NCBI GenBank assembly: GCA_046538485.1 | Contig: JBKHIT010000008.1 | Coordinates: 32,001 to 96,000 of the forward strand | Direction: 5' to 3' | Source: Candidatus Brocadiia bacterium | Lineage (GTDB): Bacteria; Planctomycetota; Brocadiia; SM23-32 | DNA length: 64,000 bases | Shown here: positions 32,339-41,304 of the stretch, in pieces | How the letters are laid out: the number at the start of each line of letters is the position of its first letter | Position numbering within the stretch: position 1 is the stretch's first letter | The notes under the pieces: generated by a model | The model's database searches: none | Seen by the model: only the letters and a program-made list of their open reading frames with translations | What the model was told of the DNA's origin: nothing | Position numbers and translations under genes: made by a program

Positions 32339-33070
32339 ATGATTTCCGAATCCGACGGACATTATCTTTTCAAGGCCGATCGCACTGAAGCAGACCGGGT
32401 TTACCTCGACGAAAGCGAAACCCGGCATCTCCGTTCCGTTCTGCGCGTCCAGAAAGGCGATACCGCATTCGTCACGCTGGGTCAGGGCCATATTTATCGC
32501 GTCGAAATCGAGTCTTTTCGGGATGGTGGTTGTGTGGGAAAGGTCCGGGAAAAGCAGACGCAACGCGCCGTTGAACCACAAATGGATTTTTACGTCGGTC
32601 TCCCGGACAAAACGCGTTTTGATCAAATGCTGGAACTTGTTGTGCCACTCGGGACTCGATCCGTAACCCCTGTCGAATGCGAATATTGTCAGAAAAAATG
32701 GTGGACAAAACGTTGGGCCAAAAAAGAAAAACGTTTCCAGCGCAAAATCGTGGCTTCCGCCAAACAATCATGGAATGCCCGATTCCCAAGATTATCGTCC
32801 CCTTTGAGCTTTGACGCGTCTGTGGAGCGCGCTTCGGGTGAGCTTTTGCTTGCCGACCCCGAAGGCACGAAAGTAGAGGACGTGGAACTTCGCTCCGGGA
32901 CAACCAATTCGTATTCCTGTTTTGTTGGCCCACCGGGAGGATTTTCGCCCGACGAAAAAGAAGCCCTGGAAACAAACGGCGCTGTGAAAATCTGGATTTC
33001 GCCTTTCAGATTACGGACCGAACTGGCCGCCGCGATCCTTGCCGGTTTGTTGGTCAGTCGCTTCGGATAA
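32339..33070 (+). CDS. rsmE: 16S rRNA m3U1498 methyltransferase
   Basis: HLRSVLRV, FVGPPGGFS, RLRTELAA. Confidence 0.9.
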   Translation: MISESDGHYLFKADRTEADRVYLDESETRHLRSVLRVQKGDTAFVTLGQGHIYRVEIESFRDGGCVGKVREKQTQRAVEPQMDFYVGLPDKTRFDQMLELVVPLGTRSVTPVECEYCQKKWWTKRWAKKEKRFQRKIVASAKQSWNARFPRLSSPLSFDASVERASGELLLADPEGTKVEDVELRSGTTNSYSCFVGPPGGFSPDEKEALETNGAVKIWISPFRLRTELAAAILAGLLVSRFG

Positions 33071-33116
33071 GATACAGCAAATGACCGGGGCAAAGGAAAA
33101 AAGCAGAAAGATAAAA

Positions 33117-33285
33117 ATGGAATTCAATCCTGATTTTGAAGAAGCTGTCCCGCATTTGAAAGCCTTCTGGCACGGTGAATTCATAGATCGACCATGCATG
33201 GATGTCACCGCACCTGAAACGCTCCGAGACTCTCGCCCATTGGGTAAATCTGAATCCCGTCTTCGGAGGCTCTATCCCCTATTTT
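33117..33285 (+). pseudogene. N-terminal fragment of URO-D-like/corrinoid-associated protein
   Basis: MEFNPDFEEAVPHLKAFWHGEFIDRPCMDVTAP, then NPVFGGSIPYF in another frame. Truncated at the rsmI stop. Confidence 0.45.
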
Positions 33286-33989
33286 TCGGGGACGGGCGAG
33301 TTACGCATATCGAGTGCGATCACAAATTCTCCGCGCCATTTTTGCCCCTGTTTCTCCACAATGACATCCTCAACGGCCCCTCGCAGGCGTTCCTCGTGGA
33401 CTTTTGTCGCCTCCCGGATCACGGCAATGCGTGTGCGCGGCCCCAGGACATCCGCGATATCCTCCAGAACGCGATCGATCCTGTGCACAGACGCAAATAT
33501 AAAAAACGTGGTTTCCTGTCCGACCAACTGTTCGAAGAAACGTCGCCTTTGCCCCGTTTTCCGCGGCGGATACCCCAAAAATGTGAACTGGTCCACCGGA
33601 AACCCCGACGCAAGCACGGCAAAGGTCAGGGACGATGGGCCGGGGACGATAATCGGTTCGATGTCCCGTTTCAAAGCCTCCCGGACGATGAGAAAACCGG
33701 GATCAGAAATGCCGGGAGTTCCTGCGTCAGTAACCACTGCTATTCGTTGTCCCGCAACCACTTTATCAAGAATCTCAGGCGTTTTTTTGTGTTCATTATG
33801 GGCATGATAGGAAATCAACGACGTATGAATATCGAAGTGACTGCAGAGTTTCCGCGTCCGGCGGGTATCCTCCGCCGCGATGATATCGGCTTCCTCAAGA
33901 AACCGCTGCGCTCTCAAGGTGATATCTTCAAGATTGCCGATTGGCGTTGCCACAAGGGCAAGCCAGCCATTTTGATTCTTTGAAACCAT
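33279..33989 (-). CDS. rsmI: 16S rRNA C1402 2'-O-methyltransferase
   Basis: VATPIGNLEDIT, AAEDTR, DAGTPGISDPG, EATKVHEE, GEFV. Confidence 0.96.
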   Translation of the reverse strand: MVSKNQNGWLALVATPIGNLEDITLRAQRFLEEADIIAAEDTRRTRKLCSHFDIHTSLISYHAHNEHKKTPEILDKVVAGQRIAVVTDAGTPGISDPGFLIVREALKRDIEPIIVPGPSSLTFAVLASGFPVDQFTFLGYPPRKTGQRRRFFEQLVGQETTFFIFASVHRIDRVLEDIADVLGPRTRIAVIREATKVHEERLRGAVEDVIVEKQGQKWRGEFVIALDMRNSPVPEK

Positions 33990-34232
33990 GGGCCTCACAG
34001 GGTGGGAAGTTCCGTTAACCCACAAACAGACTTGGCCACCAACGACAAAAAGTCAAGCGTGCTGCATTTAAACCGACTGCTTTTTTTGCAGATGGCGTGC
34101 CATTCCAGTTATTCTAAGGGAAATCCTGCATTCTGATCATGGTCCTCCGGCGGGTTTTTGCTTGCCTGACATGTCGGTGGAAAGCTTGAATCTTTTGCGC
34201 TGTGGAACGATGGCTTTATAAGAGACCTTGAA

Positions 34233-35531
34233 ATGTTCAGCTGGCTTTTAAACGCCTTGTATATGGATTTGCTGCTCGCTGTTTCCCCGTACTGGCTGAC
34301 GCTTCTGCCACGGGCTCGACGCTACAGGTGCGGGTTGCTGGAACGCGCCGGCTTCAGTCCGGTTTTAACCAAACAAACCAGGCGACTCTGGATCCATTGC
34401 GCGAGCGTTGGCGAGGCCAGTATTCCCAGGCAACTCGTTTCAGATTTCACCGATCGCCATCCCGATTGGGATGTTGTATTCTCCACCTGGACAGATACCG
34501 GGGCAGACCGTTTACATAAGCTCTATCCCGACGCGACGGTCTTTTACTGGCCGCTTGATATCTCCCTGTCCGTGGACGCGGCCCTCAACAGGGTCCGTCC
34601 GGATGCCATTATGTTGGTCGAACAGGAATTATGGCCGAATTTCCTGCTCCGGTGCCGGAAACGCGATATTCCGGTAGCCATCATCAACGGCCGAATCAAC
34701 CCGGGTTCCGTCCGATTACTGCGGGGGCTAAATCGGCTCGTGAAACCATTATGGGACCCGGTGGAACTTTGTTGTAGCCGTAGCGACACCGACGCGCAAC
34801 GTTTTATTAACGCCGGACTGACCGCTGAGAGGGTCATCAATACCGGATCGTTGAAATATGATTCCCTTCCCCTGGAAGTCGATCCCGTGACACAACGTGA
34901 TTTGGCGGAGCTGTTTGGATTGAAAAAAGACCAGCCCGTAATCGTCGGGGGCAGCACGCATCCCGGGGAAGAAGAAATTTTATGCCACATATGGAAACGA
35001 CTTCGGCGGAGCCATGCGGACCTGCAACTGCTGCTCGCACCGCGTCATATTGAGCGAGCGAACTCTCTTGCGGCCGATCTGAAATCGCAGGGATTTTCCG
35101 TCGTTCGGAAAACCGAACTCGAAAAAAACAGTGTTCGCCCCGGAGACGATTCCGTGATCCTTGTCGATACCATCGGCGATCTTGTCACATGCTACTCGTT
35201 GGCAACATGCGTTTTCGTGGGCCGGAGCCTGCTGCCACCCGGTGGCGGGCAGAACATGATGGAGCCCGCGGGGCTCGGGAAACCGGTGCTCGTGGGTCCT
35301 CACACGGATAATTTTCAACCGGAGATGAAACTTCTTCGCAAGAACAATGCCGTTAAAATTGCAGAAGACGAGGCCGCTTTGCAAAAAGAACTGGGGACAA
35401 TTCTCAGGGATAACACAGAGGCCCAGAAAATGGGACAGCGCGCGCGCCAAACCGTCATTGCCAACCGTGGCGCGACCGAGGATTCACTGAACCGCCTGGA
35501 AAAGGTTCTCAGTGACAAGGGACTCCTGTGA
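34233..35531 (+). CDS. waaA: Kdo transferase
   Basis: WIHCASVGE, ELWPN, GSTHPGEE, APRHIER, DTIGDL, GGQNMMEP. Confidence 0.95.
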   Translation: MFSWLLNALYMDLLLAVSPYWLTLLPRARRYRCGLLERAGFSPVLTKQTRRLWIHCASVGEASIPRQLVSDFTDRHPDWDVVFSTWTDTGADRLHKLYPDATVFYWPLDISLSVDAALNRVRPDAIMLVEQELWPNFLLRCRKRDIPVAIINGRINPGSVRLLRGLNRLVKPLWDPVELCCSRSDTDAQRFINAGLTAERVINTGSLKYDSLPLEVDPVTQRDLAELFGLKKDQPVIVGGSTHPGEEEILCHIWKRLRRSHADLQLLLAPRHIERANSLAADLKSQGFSVVRKTELEKNSVRPGDDSVILVDTIGDLVTCYSLATCVFVGRSLLPPGGGQNMMEPAGLGKPVLVGPHTDNFQPEMKLLRKNNAVKIAEDEAALQKELGTILRDNTEAQKMGQRARQTVIANRGATEDSLNRLEKVLSDKGLL

Positions 35532-36085
35532 GCGGGGCGAACCATTTGTGTTGATCAGCAATGCTGGCACAGTCGGGACTTAGCGGTAGGCAGAAAAAGT
35601 TTTTACCCCAGAATCCAGATTGCAGAGCCGTTGAGAAGATGGCTTAGCCTCAAGAACCGGTTTTTCACCCCATTGGCCCCCCGCGAGCGGACTGGACTTC
35701 AGCCGCAGGCTGGAGTTCAGAATGCGGGCCGATTGAGTTGGATCTCCGCGCATCTTGACATCTGTGAGCCACTGCCCGCCTCAAGTCCAGTTTCGCCCTC
35801 CGCTGGCGGGCTCAGCTGAACTCGAGTCTGCAGGATACGTGGTCGAGAAGCGGGGTTGCAGGCTTACAGAATGATTGAGACCAGAGATAAGGTTTATATT
35901 ACAATAACCTTTAACGACTTTTCCGAAGGAAACTTGAGGGATTTGCGCACATCTGGGTTGCATCTGTGTGCAAATCCAAAGAGACTACCTTCACGGGGTT
36001 CCTTCCCTCTACAGGAGAGAATTGTTAACTTCTCAAACCTTGCAGGGGATCAGAGGAATCCCGTCCTTTACGATATCAAATTCCT
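35530..36085. repeat. ~560-bp mosaic repeat element (inverted homologue of 8737-9250 and 185-660)
   Basis: Blocks match 8738-8845 and 9085-9240 (reverse complement), and 185-290 and 560-655 (reverse complement). Confidence 0.9.
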
Positions 36086-36102
36086 TGAGGCACGCAAAAA
36101 AC

Positions 36103-36131
36103 TTGACGTATCCTCTGCGGAAAACTACTAT
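36103..36131 (+). promoter_or_regulatory. sigma70-type promoter candidate for pilT
   Basis: TTGACG-N17-TACTAT. Confidence 0.55.
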
Positions 36132-36180
36132 AAGTGAGGTTTTTTGAGACATTCTTTTGAGTATTTAAGAGGTATCATAT

Positions 36181-37404
36181 ATGGCAAAAATCGACAAGTT
36201 TCTACATTTCCTCGCGGAAAATAAAGGGTCGGACCTCCATGTAAAGACAGGGACCCCCCCGCTTCTGCGTATCGATGGTAAATTGGAACGCATGAAGATG
36301 TCGCCGTTTAAGGCCGAGCAGGTCAAAGCCCTGGCCATGGAAATTATGCCGGATAAAAACCGCAAGGAATGGGAAAGTACAAATGACACGGACTTTGCAT
36401 ATGAAATCCCTGATCTGGGTCGTTTCCGAACGAACATCTACAGAGACATTCAAGGGCCCGCAATATGCATGCGGATGATTCCCTTTGAGATGTTGACGGT
36501 TGATGACCTTGGTCTCCCCGCGCCGATACGGAACCTTGCCCTGTTGCCCAAAGGAATCGTGCTCTGTACAGGGCCAACAGGCTGCGGCAAAACCACGACA
36601 CTGGCCGCTCTGTTGGAATATGCAAATAAACGGAGAAAAGACCATATCATCACCATTGAGGATCCCGTTGAATTCGTTCACGAGAACGAAGGCTGCATAA
36701 TCAGTCACCGCGAGGTGGGAGAGCATACGCAAGGGTTCCAACGGGCACTGCGGGCGGGACTTCGAGAAGACCCTGACATCATTCTGGTAGGTGAGTTGCG
36801 TGATCTGGAAACCACGGCTCTGGCCCTTGAGTCTGCGGAAACCGGTCACCTGGTATTCGGAACTGTCCATACCACGACAGCCAGCAGTACTGTCGATCGT
36901 ATCATTGACCAATTCCCACCCGATCAGCAGGCCCAAATCCGGGTTATGCTCGCCAATACGCTTAAATGTGTCATCACACAGATGCTCTGCCGCAAAAAAG
37001 GTGGTGGCCGAGTGGCTGCTTTTGAAATCCTCTATGTGCACAGCGCCGTGACCAACCTGATACGCGAAAGCAAAACGTTTCAGCTTCCCTCGATCATCCA
37101 GACGGGGAAGAAATACGGCATGTGCACTATGAATGAATCGCTGATGGAACTGGTCTACGAAGGCACTATCACAGTCGATGAAGCTTACAGCAACTCAGTG
37201 GACAAGCAGGACATGAACGAGCGGGTGAATGAATACCTGTTGTACGCGGTAACCGAGGGCGATATGACGCCCGTGGAAGCCGTGAGCCAGTCTTATTTCC
37301 GGCCGGGGATGATGGATCGTCTCCGCGACGCCGGTTACAGCAAAGTCGTTGAAAAAATGGACCTTGACCAGTTCGAGGAAAAGACAGCAATGGGCGCAAC
37401 ATAA
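36181..37404 (+). CDS. pilT: Type IV pilus retraction ATPase
   Basis: GSDLH, GPTGCGKTTT, IEDPVE, LREDPDIILVGELRD, GHLVFGTVHT, AVTNLIRE. Confidence 0.93.
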   Translation: MAKIDKFLHFLAENKGSDLHVKTGTPPLLRIDGKLERMKMSPFKAEQVKALAMEIMPDKNRKEWESTNDTDFAYEIPDLGRFRTNIYRDIQGPAICMRMIPFEMLTVDDLGLPAPIRNLALLPKGIVLCTGPTGCGKTTTLAALLEYANKRRKDHIITIEDPVEFVHENEGCIISHREVGEHTQGFQRALRAGLREDPDIILVGELRDLETTALALESAETGHLVFGTVHTTTASSTVDRIIDQFPPDQQAQIRVMLANTLKCVITQMLCRKKGGGRVAAFEILYVHSAVTNLIRESKTFQLPSIIQTGKKYGMCTMNESLMELVYEGTITVDEAYSNSVDKQDMNERVNEYLLYAVTEGDMTPVEAVSQSYFRPGMMDRLRDAGYSKVVEKMDLDQFEEKTAMGAT

Positions 37405-37467
37405 CCTCTCCGCAACGGAGAGAATTCTCTTCAAATTGAACGTTGTCTCACCCGGAGAAACTCCACC

Positions 37468-38184
37468 GTGGAAGAAATCTTTTCACTCACAAAAGACCAG
37501 TCACGTCAGATCGACAAAATAGCTATGGACGAATACGGCATTAAAGGCGTAATGCTGATGGAAAATGCCGGGCGAGCCTCCGCCGCCGAAGCCGCTGATA
37601 TGCTCGGCGACACCCGGGATGCCGACGTCACGATATTCTGCGGTAAAGGCAATAACGGCGGTGACGGATTTGTCGTCGCCCGGCACCTGTCAAACTGGGG
37701 ATGCTCTGTCAACATTTATCTCTCCGGTAAAATCAACTCGATCCTCCGCGAAGCCGCCGACACAGCCGTAAACCTTGAAATCGCCCTGAACATGAATTTG
37801 CCGATAACCGAAATTGAGAACAAGGGAGATGTCCAAAAAAGCCTTGACGACGCTCGCGAAGGCAAATTGATGGTGGACGCACTCCTCGGCACCGGGATAA
37901 GCGGTGAGGTAAGAGGGCTCTACAAGCCTCTCATCGAAGGTATCAACTCGCTGCCGGTCCCCGTTCTTGCGATCGACGTTCCTTCAGGGCTGGATTGCGA
38001 TACCGGAAAACCACTCGGTGTCGCCGTGCAGGCAGAGAGAACGGCAACTTTCGTTACCAAAAAACAGGGCTACAACAGTCCCGAAGCCGGCGAATATATC
38101 GGCCAACTGAAAGTGATCGATATCGGCGTCCCGCGCCGTATGCTGGAACAAAGGGCACAGGAATGGGGGGCAAAAAAGGAGTGA
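37468..38184 (+). CDS. nnrE: NAD(P)H-hydrate epimerase (stand-alone)
   Basis: [34 protein letters not shown] start. Confidence 0.93.
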   Translation: MEEIFSLTKDQSRQIDKIAMDEYGIKGVMLMENAGRASAAEAADMLGDTRDADVTIFCGKGNNGGDGFVVARHLSNWGCSVNIYLSGKINSILREAADTAVNLEIALNMNLPITEIENKGDVQKSLDDAREGKLMVDALLGTGISGEVRGLYKPLIEGINSLPVPVLAIDVPSGLDCDTGKPLGVAVQAERTATFVTKKQGYNSPEAGEYIGQLKVIDIGVPRRMLEQRAQEWGAKKE

Positions 38185-38645
38185 TCATCTATCTCTCAGC
38201 GCCCGTCTTCACTCAGGTGCAGCGACGGTGGAACAGACTACTCGCCGCGGAAGTCGAAAAACAAATCGAAGGCGCGAAAGTAATACTTCCCCAAGATTTT
38301 AAGTTCAGCGCAGCTTTCAATCGGTCTGAAGATTTCCGGGAACTCTTTCACACCTGTCTGGACAAAATTGAGGACGCTGATCTCGTGATCGCCGTGCTGG
38401 ACGGGCCAGACGCTGACAGCGGAACCAGTTTTGAAGTCGGATATGCCTGTGCCCGCGAAATACCCATTATCGGTATTCGAACGGACTATCGAAAAAGCCA
38501 GGACCTGGGTGTCAACTTGATGCTCGCGCAAGCATGCAGCGAATTACTGAGAGAGATGTCCTTCAGCGAAGATCTGGAGCAGTTGGTTCGAGATCTGACG
38601 GGCAAGATCCTCGTGGCACTGCGCAAAATCGATAAGCGCGAATAG
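38181..38645 (+). CDS. Nucleoside 2-deoxyribosyltransferase family protein
   Basis: IYLSAPVFT, LPQ, DADSGTSFEVGYA, RTDYR, NLML. GTG start overlaps the nnrE stop. Confidence 0.85.
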   Translation: MIIYLSAPVFTQVQRRWNRLLAAEVEKQIEGAKVILPQDFKFSAAFNRSEDFRELFHTCLDKIEDADLVIAVLDGPDADSGTSFEVGYACAREIPIIGIRTDYRKSQDLGVNLMLAQACSELLREMSFSEDLEQLVRDLTGKILVALRKIDKRE

Positions 38646-38658
38646 ACGGATTAAACCA

Positions 38659-39345
38659 TCAGTCGTCCCTCAATTCATCGGTAAAAACACACCAGGTTTG
38701 CACCGGACATTTCTCGCATTCGGGACTGGAGGGGTGACAAAGCTCCCTCCCATGTTCGATCATGTTCAGGTGAGCTGAATATTTGCGTTTATCGGGGACA
38801 AGCTCATCGAGCCGTTTGTGCGCTTTGATGCGGCTGCAATCCGCCGGGATAAGGCGGAGCCTCTGCCCTACTCGAAGCACATGCGTGTCAACTACAAAAG
38901 TGGGTTTGCCAAATCCAAATAGCAAAGCAAGACGCGCAGTTTTCACCCCGATACCCTTAATCTGGGTGAGTTTTTTTTCCGCCTCTTCCGCCGAGAGGGG
39001 CTCCAAAAAATTCAACGAATACTCGCCCCGCTCTCCCAACCAGTCAAGTAGTTCTCCTATGGCAGCCGCTTTTTGATCGGCCAGCCCCCCACATTTGATA
39101 GCTTCTGCGATTTGAGGATTTGTTGCCCCGGCCATCTCCTCCCAAGATCCATAAGAAACCTTTAACTCATTCCAGGCTCGACCGCTGTTAAGGTCACTGG
39201 TGTTTTGGGACAGGATGCCGTGGACGAGCACTTCCAGAGGATCAGAATCAGCCCGTGAAGGGATCCCATAACTTTCTGCAAGAGCATCGAGAACTGGACC
39301 GATTTTTTCTTTCGGCTCCGAAAGTTGTGGGGTGGGGGATGGCAT
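38659..39345 (-). CDS. nth: Endonuclease III-like HhH-GPD DNA glycosylase
   Basis: ILSQNTSD, GIGVKTA, VDTHV, CHPSSPECEKCPVQTWC Fe-S motif. Confidence 0.85.
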   Translation of the reverse strand: MPSPTPQLSEPKEKIGPVLDALAESYGIPSRADSDPLEVLVHGILSQNTSDLNSGRAWNELKVSYGSWEEMAGATNPQIAEAIKCGGLADQKAAAIGELLDWLGERGEYSLNFLEPLSAEEAEKKLTQIKGIGVKTARLALLFGFGKPTFVVDTHVLRVGQRLRLIPADCSRIKAHKRLDELVPDKRKYSAHLNMIEHGRELCHPSSPECEKCPVQTWCVFTDELRDD

Positions 39346-39362
39346 ATTTGGTGGGATATAAT

Positions 39363-40268
39363 TCAGGGAATGCGTTGCAGAACTTCGCGATTGTAGCGTT
39401 CTTCAAGCTCGGGACGTTGCTGGTAATGTCTAAGCGCTTCCAGGCAGGTTCTAATTTTATCGATCCGTGCGTTAGGATCGGGGTGGGTTTTGAAAACTTC
39501 GAAAGCGATCTCACCGTTGGATTCCGCAGATTTCTGCAAAAACGGAAGCAACCCTCCGGGATGGTAGCCGGCACGGTAGGCATAACGTGTACCCGCAAGG
39601 TCAGCTTTTATCTCATAGCGCTGATCGTACCCCTGATGAGCCAATTTGTTGTACGATTCATCGACAAATTGTCGATATTGGCTTACATCTTCATCGAGTT
39701 CCGCTGCAAAATCCACAAGGCTCCGGATGCGCCGGTCGCGCAAGGTAATTTCAAGTCCGTGCTTTTCAGCAATGTGCGCGATTTCATGTCCCAAAATCGC
39801 CGCGAGTTCGCTTTCGCTGTGCAACATTCTCAAAAGCTGCGTCGATACAAAAACGAACCCTCCCGGCAAAGCCAGAGCCGTTGGATCTTCATTTTCCACG
39901 ACAGCAAAAGAATAAGGAAGGGTAGGCCTGTCGCTCTGAAGTGCTACCAAAGTGCCCACCCGGGTGACATACTCATTGAGATCGCGGGCTTTGCACGGTT
40001 TCCCGAAACTGGCAAATGCCTTTACCGCAAGGCTCTGCCCCATTGCGATTTCTTCCGCCGTATCGATCTCGGTTATCATCGCGTGAGCGGCATCAAGACC
40101 TTTCAGGATTTTTGTGCAATCCTCCTCACCCAGGATTTCGGGGGTTTGTTCCAGAATTACTCGGCTGGTCCTGACACCCTCTTTCATAGCTTCGCAGGTA
40201 GTAAACACGAACGGTAGCAGCAAAATGGCAAGACACCGAAGAAGTAACTTTTGTAATGAAATCCTCAT
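39363..40268 (-). CDS. M48 family metalloprotease
   Basis: ALPGGFVFV, LGHEIAH, EIKAD, THP. Signal-like N-terminus. Confidence 0.9.
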   Translation of the reverse strand: MRISLQKLLLRCLAILLLPFVFTTCEAMKEGVRTSRVILEQTPEILGEEDCTKILKGLDAAHAMITEIDTAEEIAMGQSLAVKAFASFGKPCKARDLNEYVTRVGTLVALQSDRPTLPYSFAVVENEDPTALALPGGFVFVSTQLLRMLHSESELAAILGHEIAHIAEKHGLEITLRDRRIRSLVDFAAELDEDVSQYRQFVDESYNKLAHQGYDQRYEIKADLAGTRYAYRAGYHPGGLLPFLQKSAESNGEIAFEVFKTHPDPNARIDKIRTCLEALRHYQQRPELEERYNREVLQRIP

Positions 40269-40269
40269 T

Positions 40270-40779
40270 TCATTTCTCCTGACCATACTCACCGAGCCGG
40301 CCTTCCCGGGCGAACTTTTCAATCTCTTCCGGACCGACCTTGCGGGCCTGCATTTCCTCGACGGCCTGAACCGCCCAGTCGGGGATCTCTGCTGAGTCTG
40401 CGTATTTTTCCGCCGCTGGTGAAAGCCCTCTGAGTGCTCCTCCGGCTTCAAGTTCTGCCAGCTCGACGCCTTCCCCCGAAGCGCCCCCCGATAGAATGGC
40501 TTCAATATCTTCGGGCTTTTCATCAGCCAGCTTATTAAAGTAAATCCAACCTTCCTCGGCTCCAGCTGAAACTCTGTAATAGTCCCCGGAACGTTCGAGG
40601 ACTTCCACGGCGGCACCCTGTTCCAAACGCGCCACCACAGAGGCCCCCAGGGCGGTCCCGCCACGCAATTCCGCGGCCGTGCGAGTGTACATTGTTCTGG
40701 CTTGGGCCAGTATAGCAGGCAGCCCAATTAGCCAGGATACTAAGCAAGCGACAAAAAGAACAGAAATCAGTTTCTTCAT
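40270..40779 (-). CDS. Secreted SH3-domain protein
   Basis: Signal peptide, GAAVEVLERSGDYYRV..GWIY, GALRGL, FAREGRLG. Confidence 0.8.
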   Translation of the reverse strand: MKKLISVLFVACLVSWLIGLPAILAQARTMYTRTAAELRGGTALGASVVARLEQGAAVEVLERSGDYYRVSAGAEEGWIYFNKLADEKPEDIEAILSGGASGEGVELAELEAGGALRGLSPAAEKYADSAEIPDWAVQAVEEMQARKVGPEEIEKFAREGRLGEYGQEK

Positions 40780-41304
40780 TCTAAGATCCCATTTTCCCTG
40801 TAACCCAGGGCTTTTTCGCAGCTGAAAAAATCCATAATTAGAAATAACTTTACTCCCAGCGGTCTGCTATTATTGCCCAATTACGAAAGAAGTCAAGATC
40901 GCCATGTCCCCTCAGACAGCAAATCAGCGGTAGAATATCGGGAAACCATTCACCGCTTCTTCTTGACACGGGATATAGGGTAAATTATAAAAGCAGAAAT
41001 CATAAGCGGGCCGAACTCCAAAATGACAACCGTATGCGCATTTCATCACGATCAATTCTGTGAGTTCAGTTTTCTCAGGATAGTGCGGCAGCAAACCGGA
41101 AATTTGAATCCCGCCGCCTTTAAGCGGTTCGGACCGAGCACCGTGACAACGCGCACGTGCATTGTCCAGAAAACCCAGCGCAAACACATAACTGACCGCT
41201 CTGCTTGAAAACCCGTAGCGCTCCGGTCCCGACAACCCATCAAAGCAGGGATCAGCGCCAGGGGTTCTGCAGCTTTTTTTACATTAACGTTGAGAGTTTA
41301 GCAT

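Noticed and set aside
40780..41304. Riboswitch or small gene upstream of pckG
   Set aside because: No conserved motif or convincing ORF could be identified by eye.
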